This document shows positions 1-8,010 of a DNA stretch of 20,681 bases, piece after piece. This stretch comes from a candidate division WOR-3 bacterium (lineage in GTDB: Bacteria > Hydrothermota > Tepidihabitantia > Tepidihabitantales > DTDR01): contig JBDRVN010000032.1 of NCBI GenBank assembly GCA_039801885.1, positions 1-20,681 on the forward strand, given 5' to 3'. Numbering within the stretch: position 1 is the stretch's first letter; each line of letters begins with the position of its first letter. Under the pieces are notes generated by a model. It was not told where the DNA came from and ran no database searches. It worked only from the letters and a program-made list of their open reading frames with translations. The translations under genes and the position numbers were made by a program.

Positions 1-142
1 GATGAAGAAATCAATAATTTTTCCATTTAAGTTTTCAAGAATGAAAAGATTAGTGTTTTAAGTAGAGATTAAGATTTAATAATATATTTATATTTTGGGA
101 TTGATTAGTAACGATATTTTAACCAGCGACAAAAAACTCTGC

Positions 143-616
143 TTATGAATTAAGAATTAGTAGTGAGAAGTTTAATACCGAAGCAAAACTAACCCAGAAA
201 AGATAAGGTAATAGAAGATAGGCAGCCGGCTTGGAAACTTTTTGAAAATTAAAAATTGTTAATAATATCGCTATCCAAAGAATAATTATCTCAATAAAAG
301 CAAAAAGTAAAGATTTTAATGTGAAGAAGATAAGCGACCAGAAAATATTTAATATTAGTTGAATAGCAAAAATAAGAATAGCCTTTTTTACTTGTTTATT
401 CTCCCAACCTTGATTCCATACTAAATATAAAGATATTCCCATTAGTAAGAAAAGTGTTGTCCAAGCCGGAGCAAATAGCCAATTTGGTGGAGTAAAAGGC
501 GGTTTATTAAGTTGGAGATACCAAGTAGGAATGGAAGGAGTGGTAAAGATTGAGCCTAAAATTCCTGCTGCTTGGCAGATTAAAATTGAGAGCAATAATT
601 TTAAAATTTTACCCAT
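143..616 (-). CDS. tspO: TspO/MBR family tryptophan-rich sensory (translocator) membrane protein
   Basis: 157 aa, about five hydrophobic segments, family motifs WYLQLNKPPFTPPNWLFAPAWTTLF, QLILNIFWSLIFF and LLPYLFWVSFASVLN. Confidence 0.95.
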   Translation of the reverse strand: MGKILKLLLSILICQAAGILGSIFTTPSIPTWYLQLNKPPFTPPNWLFAPAWTTLFLLMGISLYLVWNQGWENKQVKKAILIFAIQLILNIFWSLIFFTLKSLLFAFIEIIILWIAILLTIFNFQKVSKPAAYLLLPYLFWVSFASVLNFSLLILNS

Positions 617-638
617 TCGGGATTTTAACCTAAAATAT

Positions 639-1085
639 CTATTTTTTCAAGTAAATTGAGATATCTGTTAAATTTATCCTTCTTGAACGAGGTATCTGGT
701 TTTTCAACTTCTTATTCCGATAATAACCAACACCAATTGGATAATTTTTATAGAATAATATCTTATAACCATTGGGTATATCTAATTCTAAATGAAGGTC
801 TTGTCCCAAAAGAACTTTTTTTAAATCTTCTTCGGTTAGATAGATAATGTTTTTTTTCGCATAACGACCAAAAATCTGAATACCATCAATTGTTGGTTTT
901 ATTCCGTTTCTTACTAATCGCGCTATTCTTATCCCTTTTCTTATTATCCCTTTCTCAAAGTTAAAATCTTTTGCTTCTTTTGTCATTAGATAGATACTAT
1001 TTTTATATTCATAAAACTCATAATCTTTAAAAACCTCTTCCTCTATCCCAAATTCTTCCTTGAAATATTTTATAATCTTTTTCAT
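639..1085 (-). CDS. Stand-alone RsmF C-terminal / NIP7-like pre-PUA+PUA RNA-binding protein (no methyltransferase domain)
   Basis: 148 aa, basic. Segments RKGIRIAR..KPTIDGIQIFG..AKKNIIYL..LLGQDL..GYKILFYKNYPIGVG..LKNQIPRSRR match the pattern of the RsmF/YebU C-terminal domains as I recall it. No SAM-binding or catalytic Cys motifs. Confidence 0.7.
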   Translation of the reverse strand: MKKIIKYFKEEFGIEEEVFKDYEFYEYKNSIYLMTKEAKDFNFEKGIIRKGIRIARLVRNGIKPTIDGIQIFGRYAKKNIIYLTEEDLKKVLLGQDLHLELDIPNGYKILFYKNYPIGVGYYRNKKLKNQIPRSRRINLTDISIYLKK

Positions 1086-1090
1086 AAGTT

Positions 1091-1119
1091 ATTATAATAA
1101 AAATAGCAATTTTTAGCAA
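1091..1119 (-). promoter_or_regulatory. sigma70-type promoter, probably giving a leaderless mRNA for the PUA gene-tspO unit
   Basis: Minus strand reads TTGCTA (1119-1114), 17 bp spacer, TATAAT (1096-1091), AACTT, ATG (1085). No Shine-Dalgarno. Confidence 0.7.
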
Positions 1120-1130
1120 AATCTATCTAT

Positions 1131-1158
1131 TTGATTTTTCTTTTTAAAATGGTATAAT
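1131..1158 (+). promoter_or_regulatory. sigma70-type promoter with extended -10 for the gdhA-nfnAB operon
   Basis: TTGATT (1131-1136), 16 bp spacer, TATAAT (1153-1158) preceded by TGG (TGn extended -10). Strong RBS AGGAGG at 1191-1196 before ATG 1201. Confidence 0.75.
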
Positions 1159-1200
1159 TTAAGTTAAAAATTAAAATTTAAAAAATTAAAAGGAGGAATA

Positions 1201-2451
1201 ATGGCAGAAAAGTTAAACCCCTTTGAAATTGCCCAAAAACAACTTGATCAAGCAGCAGAAATTTTAAAACTTGACAAGGCAACTCATCAGATTTTAAGAG
1301 AGCCAATGCGGGAAATGGCAGTTTTAATTCCAGTAAGAATGGATAATGGTGAAGTGAAGGTATTTAAAGGTTTCCGGGTTCAATATAATGATGCTAAAGG
1401 ACCTTGTAAAGGTGGCATTAGATTCCATCCAGAAGAGACGATTGATACGGTAAGGGCTTTGGCTGCCTGGATGACTTGGAAAACTTCTCTATTAGACCTT
1501 CCCTATGGTGGTGGTAAAGGTGGTGTTGTTTGTAATCCAAAAGAGATGTCTTTAAGGGAAAAAGAGCAATTGGCAAGAGGATATATTCGGGCTTTAGGTG
1601 AGTTTATTGGTCCAGAAAAGGATATTCCAGCACCGGATGTTTATACCGACCCCCAGATTATGGCTTGGATGATGGATGAATTTTCTAAACTTCGTGGTTA
1701 TTATTGTCCGGGTGTAATTACGGGTAAACCAATTCCCATTGGCGGCTCTTTGGGAAGAAACGATGCTACTGCCCGTGGCGGAATTTATACTGTAAGAGAG
1801 GCAGCAAAATATTTAAAAATAGATTTAAAAGATGCACCAACTGCTATCCAGGGTTATGGTAATGCCGGTTCTTTTGCTGCTATTTTATCAAAAGAAATTT
1901 TACAAACAAAGATTGTTGCGGTTTCTGATTCGCAAGGCGGAATTTATAATAAAAATGGACTTGACCCTTATGAAGTGTTAGAGTTTAAGAAAAAGAACGG
2001 AACTGTTGTCGGGTTTAAAAAGGGAGATAAAATTACCAATGAAGAATTATTAGAACTTAATGTTACTTTACTCTGGCCATCAGCCTTAGAAAATGTGATT
2101 ACCAAAAATAATGCCCGAAGAATTAAAGCAAAGATTGTTGCTGAAGCCGCTAATGGACCAACGACACCGGAAGCCGATGAAATCTTACATAGCAAAGGAG
2201 TATTTACTATTCCTGATTTCTTGTGTAATGCCGGTGGTGTTACTGTTTCTTATTTTGAATGGGTTCAAAATATTACCGGTTATTACTGGTCTTTAGAAGA
2301 GGTCCATAAAAGACTTGATGAGAAAATGACCAAAGCCTTCTGGAGTGTTGTTGAAATGTATGAGAAGAAAAAGGTTAATATGCGAATGGCGGCTTATTTA
2401 GTAGCAGTCTCCCGAGTGGTTGAGGCAATGAAACTTCGTGGTTGGGTATAA
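1201..2451 (+). CDS. gdhA: Glutamate dehydrogenase (Glu/Leu/Phe/Val dehydrogenase family)
   Basis: 416 aa. [28 protein letters not shown], nucleotide-binding [35 protein letters not shown]. Strong RBS. Confidence 0.97.
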   Translation: MAEKLNPFEIAQKQLDQAAEILKLDKATHQILREPMREMAVLIPVRMDNGEVKVFKGFRVQYNDAKGPCKGGIRFHPEETIDTVRALAAWMTWKTSLLDLPYGGGKGGVVCNPKEMSLREKEQLARGYIRALGEFIGPEKDIPAPDVYTDPQIMAWMMDEFSKLRGYYCPGVITGKPIPIGGSLGRNDATARGGIYTVREAAKYLKIDLKDAPTAIQGYGNAGSFAAILSKEILQTKIVAVSDSQGGIYNKNGLDPYEVLEFKKKNGTVVGFKKGDKITNEELLELNVTLLWPSALENVITKNNARRIKAKIVAEAANGPTTPEADEILHSKGVFTIPDFLCNAGGVTVSYFEWVQNITGYYWSLEEVHKRLDEKMTKAFWSVVEMYEKKKVNMRMAAYLVAVSRVVEAMKLRGWV

Positions 2452-2452
2452 A

Positions 2453-3289
2453 ATGGCAAAAATTTTAAAAAAAGAGAGTTTAGCTCCAAATATAAAGAAA
2501 TTTATTGTTGAAGCACCAGAAATTGCTAAAAAAGCCCAGCCTGGACAATTTGTTATCTTACGCGTGGATGAAAAAGGCGAAAGAATCCCTTTAACTATTG
2601 GTGATTTTGATAGGAAAAAAGGCACTTTAACAATTATCTTTCAAGAGGTTGGTAAATCTACTATCCATTTAGGAATGTTAAAAGAAGGTGAAGAAATTCC
2701 TGATTTAGTAGGACCTTTAGGAAAGCCATCGGAAATTGAAAAATTTGGAACAGTCTGTTGTATTGGTGGCGGTGTGGGAACTCCGGAAGTTTATCCGGTT
2801 GCTCGGGCATTAAAAGAAGTTGACAATTATGTGATTTCAATTATTGGCGCTCGAACAAAAGAATTGGTAATAATGGAAAAAGAGATGAAAGAGGTTTCTG
2901 ACGAATTATATATTACTACTGATGACGGAACATACGGAATGAAGGGTTTAGTGACTGATGCCTTAAAAAAAATATTAGATTCGGGAAAGAAAATTGACCG
3001 GGTAATTGCTGTTGGACCGGTAATTATGATGAAGGCGGTTTCCGAATTGACAAAAAATTATAATATCAAAACGATTGTTTCGTTAAACGCGATGATGCTT
3101 GATGGCACGGGAATGTGCGGAATTTGCCGAGTAGAGATTGGTGGTGAAACAAAATTTGCCTGTGTTGATGGACCAGAATTTGATGGTCATTTGGTAAATT
3201 ATAACTTATTAATGGCGCGATTGAAGACCTATTTAGAAGAAGAGAAGATTTCTTTGAAATTATTTAAAGAGAAAATGGGTATTCAATAA
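2453..3289 (+). CDS. nfnA: NfnA/SudB small subunit of electron-bifurcating NADH-dependent reduced ferredoxin:NADP+ oxidoreductase (FAD, [2Fe-2S])
   Basis: Start moved to ATG 2453 (MAKILKK, 278 aa), 1 nt after the gdhA stop. PGQFVILR..GERIPLTI, GPLG, GGGVG, TDDG and Asp/Cys3 [2Fe-2S] motif DGTGMCGICRV..CVDGPEFD. Confidence 0.92.
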   Translation: MAKILKKESLAPNIKKFIVEAPEIAKKAQPGQFVILRVDEKGERIPLTIGDFDRKKGTLTIIFQEVGKSTIHLGMLKEGEEIPDLVGPLGKPSEIEKFGTVCCIGGGVGTPEVYPVARALKEVDNYVISIIGARTKELVIMEKEMKEVSDELYITTDDGTYGMKGLVTDALKKILDSGKKIDRVIAVGPVIMMKAVSELTKNYNIKTIVSLNAMMLDGTGMCGICRVEIGGETKFACVDGPEFDGHLVNYNLLMARLKTYLEEEKISLKLFKEKMGIQ

Positions 3290-3299
3290 AGGAGGAAAA

Positions 3300-4694
3300 G
3301 TGGCAATAAATCCGAAAAAAACTCCGATGCGGGAACAATCACCAAAGGAAAGGATTAAAAATTTTGATGAAGTTCCGTTAGGATACACACCAGAAGAAGC
3401 AATGGCAGAAGCTAAAAGATGTCTCCAATGTAAAAAACCTCCTTGTGTGAAAGGTTGTCCAGTAGAGATTGATATTCCTGGCTTTATTAATAAAATTAAA
3501 GAAGGTAATTTTAAAGAGGCAATTAGAATCTTAAAGGATAAAAATAGTTTACCGGCAATTTGTGGTCGGGTTTGCCCTCAAGAAGACCAGTGCGAAAAAG
3601 AATGTGTTGTTGGAAAGAAATATGAACCAGTAGGAATTGGTCGATTAGAAAGATTTGCTGCTGACTGGGAAGCAGAACAAGGATTAATGGAAATTCCGAA
3701 GATTGAAAAGAAAACTGGAAAAAAAGTAGCAGTTGTTGGTAGTGGACCAGCCGGTTTAACTTGTGCTTCGGAATTGGCAAAAATGGGACATCAAGTTGTA
3801 ATCTTTGAAGCCCTTCATAAACCCGGTGGAGTTTTAGTTTACGGAATTCCCGAATTTCGTCTTCCTAAAAAGATTGTTGAAAGAGAAGTGAATTATGTAA
3901 AAGCCTTAGGAGTAAAAATTATCTGTAATTTTGTTGTCGGTAAAACAAAGACGGTTGATGAACTATTAGAAGAATTTGATGCGGTTTTTATCGGCACCGG
4001 TGCTGGTTTACCTTGGTTTATGAATATCCCCGGTGAAAATTATACGGGTATTTATTCGGCAAATGAATATCTTATCAGGGTTAATCTAATGAAAGCCTAT
4101 CTATTTCCCGAATATGATACACCGATTGTGCGTGGTAAAAATGTAGCAGTCATTGGTGGTGGTAATGTCGCGATGGATGCGGCAAGAACTGCTTTACGAT
4201 TAGGTGCAGAAAAATCAATGATTATTTATCGGAGAAGTAAAGCCGAAATGCCGGCAAGAATTGAAGAGATTGAAAGAGCCGAAGAAGAGGGTGTTATCTT
4301 CCATTTTTTAACTTTACCGGTAAGATATTATGCTGATGAAAATGGTCGGGTGAAAGAAATGGAATGTATTAAAATGGAACTTGGTGAACCTGACCATACC
4401 GGAAGAAGAAAACCGGTACCTGTCCCCAATTCTAATTTTAAAATACCAGTAGACATAGTTGTTGTTGCTATTGGTCAAAGTCCTAATCCTTTGATTCCTC
4501 AGACAACCAAAGATATTGAAATTGGTAAACACGGAAATATTATTGTTGACGAAAAGACCGGGAAAACAACAAAGAAAGGAGTTTTTGCCGGCGGTGATAT
4601 CGCTACTGGTGCAGCAACAGTAATTCTGGCAATGGGCGCCGGCAAAATAGCTGCCCGAGCGATTGATGGATATTTAAAAAGCGGAATTTGGTAA
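3300..4694 (+). CDS. nfnB: NfnB/SudA large subunit (GltD-like flavoprotein, two [4Fe-4S]); often auto-annotated as NADPH glutamate synthase
   Basis: GTG start with AGGAGG at 3290-3295. CLQCKKPPCVKGCP, CGRVCPQEDQCEKEC, RLERF, GSGPAG, GGGNVAMDAAR, YRRS, GGDIATG. Directly follows nfnA; no GltB in the window. Confidence 0.92.
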   Translation: MAINPKKTPMREQSPKERIKNFDEVPLGYTPEEAMAEAKRCLQCKKPPCVKGCPVEIDIPGFINKIKEGNFKEAIRILKDKNSLPAICGRVCPQEDQCEKECVVGKKYEPVGIGRLERFAADWEAEQGLMEIPKIEKKTGKKVAVVGSGPAGLTCASELAKMGHQVVIFEALHKPGGVLVYGIPEFRLPKKIVEREVNYVKALGVKIICNFVVGKTKTVDELLEEFDAVFIGTGAGLPWFMNIPGENYTGIYSANEYLIRVNLMKAYLFPEYDTPIVRGKNVAVIGGGNVAMDAARTALRLGAEKSMIIYRRSKAEMPARIEEIERAEEEGVIFHFLTLPVRYYADENGRVKEMECIKMELGEPDHTGRRKPVPVPNSNFKIPVDIVVVAIGQSPNPLIPQTTKDIEIGKHGNIIVDEKTGKTTKKGVFAGGDIATGAATVILAMGAGKIAARAIDGYLKSGIW

Positions 4695-4726
4695 ATAATT
4701 AAAATATTTTTTAATTGGAGAAAAAA

Positions 4727-4987
4727 ATGAAGAAAACAGCCTTTATTTTAATCAATTGTTTGCCAGGAAAAACAAAAGAGGTTTTAAGTAAATTAAGCCA
4801 AATTCCCAATGTTCAATATGCGGAAATGGTTTTGGGTCCTTATGATATTATTGCCATAATTCAGACTAACGAAATTGAAACTCTGGCAGTGATTGTTGAC
4901 GAAAAGATTAGAATAATTGATGGTGTCGACGAAACAATAACTTGTGTGGCAATTGGTAAAGGAGATATTACCGGATTAATTTTTTAA
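4727..4987 (+). CDS. Stand-alone Lrp/AsnC ligand-binding (RAM) domain protein 1
   Basis: Start moved to ATG 4727 (GGAG at 4717-4720; 86 aa). AFILINC.PG..EV...L..IPNV....VLGPYDIIA..IRIIDGVDETITC. No N-terminal HTH. Confidence 0.9.
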   Translation: MKKTAFILINCLPGKTKEVLSKLSQIPNVQYAEMVLGPYDIIAIIQTNEIETLAVIVDEKIRIIDGVDETITCVAIGKGDITGLIF

Positions 4988-5003
4988 ATAAAAAGGAGTA
5001 AAA

Positions 5004-5243
5004 ATGGCAGAGGCGTATATTTTAATTAATGTCGGAGCCGGTAAGGCTCGTTATGTTTATGAAGAATTATCAAAAATTAAAGAAATTACCCACGTGGATG
5101 CGATTGCCGGACCTTTTGATATTATTGCAACAATTAAGGCACCGGATTTTAATACCATCGGTAAAATCGTGATTGAAAAAATTCAAAATATCTCGGGAGT
5201 AGAAAGAACGCTTACCTGCACAATAATCCATTTTGAACAATAA
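5004..5243 (+). CDS. Stand-alone Lrp/AsnC ligand-binding (RAM) domain protein 2
   Basis: 79 aa with AAGGAG RBS. AYILINV.AG..IAGPFDIIA..IQNISGVERTLTC. Clear paralogue of the upstream gene; no HTH. Confidence 0.92.
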   Translation: MAEAYILINVGAGKARYVYEELSKIKEITHVDAIAGPFDIIATIKAPDFNTIGKIVIEKIQNISGVERTLTCTIIHFEQ

Positions 5244-6180
5244 AAAGCTAATTCAGCGTCTAAAGAATAAAAAGATAGGAATTATCTGCGGCGGCTGGTC
5301 AAAGGAAAGGGAGATTTCGCTTTTAACAGCAAAGAATGTTGCAAAAGCATTAGAAAGAATTGGCTTAAAATCCAAACTTATCGACATTGATAAAAATTTT
5401 CCCAAACAGATAACAAAAGCAAAAATTGATATTGCTTTTGTTGCCCTTCACGGTAAACCCGGTGAAGATGGCACAATCCAAGGTTTTTTAGAATTACTGG
5501 GAATTCCTTATACTGGTTCCGGTGTTTTGGCTTCGGCTTTAGGAATGGATAAAATCTTAACAAAAATTCTGTTTCAATACGGAAAAATTCCCACACCAAA
5601 ATTTGTCACTTTAAATAGAAACGAGAATTTCTTAGAGAAAATAAATTTAGCAGAAAAAGAATTGGGTTTTCCAATAGTAATTAAACCAAGATACGAAGGT
5701 TCCAGCGTTGGCGTAGAAATTGTTGAAAATAAAAAAGATTTAATTAAAAAAGCAAAATTTTTGAGAAAAGAGTTTGGTGATATATTTTTTGAAGAATATA
5801 TTGAAGGAATGATTGCAACTTGCGGAATTCTTGACGATAAACCTTTACCAATTTTAGAACTTGTTCCTAAGAAAGAAAGATTTTATTCTTATAAAGCAAA
5901 ATATACCAAAGGGGAAACAGAATTTATTGTGCCGGCAAGATTAGATAAAAAAACAAGCTTAAAAATTCAAGAATTATCTTTAAAGGCACATAAGATTATT
6001 GGAGCAAAAGGTTATTCCCGAATTGATTTGGTAGTGAAAGATAATAAAAAACCCTCTTTTTTGGAAATCAACACCTTGCCCGGACTTACCGAATTATCCG
6101 ATTTACCAAAAGAAGCCGAATATTTAGGAATTGACTATGATGAGGTAATCTTGAAAATTTTAAAAACTGCTTTGATTTAA
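5233..6180 (+). CDS. ddl: D-alanine--D-alanine ligase
   Basis: GGWSKEREISL, ALHGKPGEDGTIQG, PYTGSG..SALGMDK, EGSSVG, omega loop FYSYKAKY, EINTLPG. The TTG start overlaps the upstream stop, so the exact start is uncertain. Confidence 0.95.
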   Translation: MNNKKLIQRLKNKKIGIICGGWSKEREISLLTAKNVAKALERIGLKSKLIDIDKNFPKQITKAKIDIAFVALHGKPGEDGTIQGFLELLGIPYTGSGVLASALGMDKILTKILFQYGKIPTPKFVTLNRNENFLEKINLAEKELGFPIVIKPRYEGSSVGVEIVENKKDLIKKAKFLRKEFGDIFFEEYIEGMIATCGILDDKPLPILELVPKKERFYSYKAKYTKGETEFIVPARLDKKTSLKIQELSLKAHKIIGAKGYSRIDLVVKDNKKPSFLEINTLPGLTELSDLPKEAEYLGIDYDEVILKILKTALI

Positions 6181-6192
6181 GAATAGTTTCTC

Positions 6193-6221
6193 TTGATTTT
6201 TTAAAAATTTTTGGTTAAATT
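6193..6221 (+). promoter_or_regulatory. Putative sigma70-type promoter for tRNA-Ala and downstream genes
   Basis: TTGATT (6193-6198), 17 bp spacer, TAAATT (6216-6221). A second TATAAT lies at 6227-6232. The region is very AT-rich, so the exact elements are uncertain. Confidence 0.5.
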
Positions 6222-6236
6222 ATTTATATAATAAAT

Positions 6237-6308
6237 GGGGCCGTGGCGCAGTGGGAGCGCGTTTGACTGGCAGTCAAAAGGTCACGGGTTCAAATCCCGT
6301 CGGCTCCA
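6237..6308 (+). tRNA. tRNA-Ala (anticodon GGC), 3' CCA not encoded
   Basis: Acceptor stem GGGGCCG/CGGCTCC with the G3:U70 alanine identity pair, D arm GCGC/GCGC, anticodon arm TTTGA-CTGGCAG-TCAAA, T arm ACGGG-TTCAAAT-CCCGT, discriminator A followed by TAA. Confidence 0.98.
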
Positions 6309-6334
6309 TAAAATTAATAATAAAAGGAGTAAAA

Positions 6335-7504
6335 ATGAAAAAATTAAATAATCTTTTTTCTTTCATCTTATTATTCTTCTTGTTAAGTTGTGCACCAACA
6401 ACAACCGTTAAAAAATATACTGAAGAAGAACTTTTAGAAAGAAGAAAAGAAGCAGAAAAATATTACAGTATTGGTGCCGAATATTATAAACAAAGCGAAT
6501 GGGAAAAAGCCTTAGAAAATTTCAATACCGCCTTAACTTATGATTCTAATTACTATGAAGTACATATTGCCATTGGTAATACCTACCGAAAATTAAGGGA
6601 TGTGAGCAAAGCAGAAGAATATTATTTAAAAGCAATAAAGATTGATAACAAAAATAGTAAAGGCTATGAAGCCTTAGGTGATTTATATCTTTCTTTGAAT
6701 AATTTAAGTAAAGCCGAAAGTCTTTATATTAAAGGAATTAATCTTGATACCACAAATGTGGAATTATATTTGGGATTAGCCGAAATTTACATAAAAACTA
6801 AAGAGGATAGGAAAGCCGATTCCTTATATTCTCTTTTAATTTCCCGTTGTCCTGACAGATTAGATATCTTTTATAAATATGGAGATTTTTTAACAAAAAG
6901 AAAAAGATTTAAAGAAGCAAAAAGTATGTTTGAAAAATGTCTTATTCGTTATTCCGAGGAATTATCTTTAAGAGAAAGATATGGTGATATATTATTTGAG
7001 TTAGATGAATATGATAAAGCAATAAATGAATATAATTATGTCCTTTCTAAAAATCCAAACAATGTAGCAATAATTTTAAAAATTGGTGATGTCTATTTAA
7101 AACAAAAGAAATATAAAAATGCTTTTCAGATGTTTAATAAGGCATTAAATTTATCATCTAATGATCCACTACCCCATATTCATCTTGCTGACTATTATCA
7201 GCAACTTGGTAATTACTCAAAAGCCGAAGAAGAATTAAAAAAAGCATTAGCAATTTCTCCTAATTTGGACGTTGCCTTTGTCATCGCCGGTGATATAAAA
7301 AAAAGAAGAGCCGAAGAGGCACAAAAAAATAAACAGTTAAAAGATGCTTACTACTTATATAAAGAAGCAGTTAATAATTATAATAAGGTAAAAGAAGATA
7401 GTCCCTATTTTGAATATACCCGAAACGAAATTAAAAGAATTAGGATAATAATGGATAAGATAAAAGAAGAACTTTGGTTTCAAGGGATTAAAATTGAAGA
7501 GTGA
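6335..7504 (+). CDS. Tetratricopeptide-repeat lipoprotein
   Basis: True start is ATG 6335 after AAGGAG (389 aa); the ORF track start lies inside the tRNA. Signal peptide MKKLNNLFSFILLFFLLS-C with lipobox, followed by about 8-9 TPR units (e.g. IGNTYRKLRDVSKAEEYYLKAIKID, LADYYQQLGNYSKAEEELKKALAISP). Confidence 0.88.
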   Translation: MKKLNNLFSFILLFFLLSCAPTTTVKKYTEEELLERRKEAEKYYSIGAEYYKQSEWEKALENFNTALTYDSNYYEVHIAIGNTYRKLRDVSKAEEYYLKAIKIDNKNSKGYEALGDLYLSLNNLSKAESLYIKGINLDTTNVELYLGLAEIYIKTKEDRKADSLYSLLISRCPDRLDIFYKYGDFLTKRKRFKEAKSMFEKCLIRYSEELSLRERYGDILFELDEYDKAINEYNYVLSKNPNNVAIILKIGDVYLKQKKYKNAFQMFNKALNLSSNDPLPHIHLADYYQQLGNYSKAEEELKKALAISPNLDVAFVIAGDIKKRRAEEAQKNKQLKDAYYLYKEAVNNYNKVKEDSPYFEYTRNEIKRIRIIMDKIKEELWFQGIKIEE

Positions 7505-8010
7505 TGTTTGAGAAAAAGATTTTACTTTTGAATGCTAATTATGAACCGTTAACAGTTTGTAAATTAAAGAAAGCTCTAAAATTATTGTTTTTAAAGAAAG
7601 CGGAATTAATCGAACCAGAAAATGGAAAAAAGATTAGAACACCGAATACAAGTTTAATAATGCCGAGTGTTATTCGGCTTTCTTATTATGTAAAAGTAAA
7701 AAGGAGAGAAATTCCTTTAACGAGAAAAAATATTTTAAAAAGAGATAATTATACCTGCCAATATTGTGGAAGGAAAAATCTTCCTTTAACAACTGACCAT
7801 ATTATACCAAAAGCCTATGGCGGAAAAGATGAATGGGAAAACTTAGTTTGTGCTTGTGTCGAATGTAATACTTTAAAAGGAAATAAAAGCTTAAATGAAA
7901 CAAATCTTAAATTATTAAAAAAACCAAAACCACCAAATTATATAACCTTTTTATTAAACTCCCTTTCCGAAGTTCCCGAAAATTGGCGAGCCTATCTCTT
8001 TCAAAAATAA
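7504..8010 (+). CDS. HNH endonuclease family protein (McrA-like, Zn-binding)
   Basis: LLLNANYEPL N-terminus, PSVIRL, RDNYTCQYCG, TTDHIIPKAYGG..WENLVCACVECNTLKG. ATG overlaps the TPR stop (TGATG); GTG 7501 is an alternative start. Confidence 0.9.
   Translation: MFEKKILLLNANYEPLTVCKLKKALKLLFLKKAELIEPENGKKIRTPNTSLIMPSVIRLSYYVKVKRREIPLTRKNILKRDNYTCQYCGRKNLPLTTDHIIPKAYGGKDEWENLVCACVECNTLKGNKSLNETNLKLLKKPKPPNYITFLLNSLSEVPENWRAYLFQK

Noticed and set aside
1-26. Possible start of a minus-strand gene (ATG at 26, MEKLLISS..) running off the window
   Set aside because: Only eight codons are visible, which is too little to support or name.
3300-4694. Annotation as glutamate synthase (gltA/gltD) next to GDH
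   Set aside because: No GltB large subunit is present and the gene is paired with an NfnA/SudB gene, which indicates NfnAB.
5233-6180. ddl as a vancomycin-resistance (D-Ala-D-Lac) ligase
   Set aside because: The omega loop keeps Tyr (FYSYKAKY) typical of D-Ala-D-Ala ligases, and no van genes are nearby.
6251-6334. N-terminal extension of the TPR ORF given in the track
   Set aside because: It is translated tRNA sequence. The SD and lipoprotein signal place the start at 6335.
4991-6337. Identical 16-mer AAAAGGAGTAAAAATG at 4991-5006 and 6322-6337
   Set aside because: It is just SD plus an A-rich spacer plus ATG, expected by convergence in an AT-rich genome. Not a mobile-element repeat.
6237-8010. 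tRNA-anchored island or homing element suggested by tRNA plus HNH
   Set aside because: No integrase, no visible duplicate of the tRNA 3' end, no intron or intein context, and the downstream genes are housekeeping.
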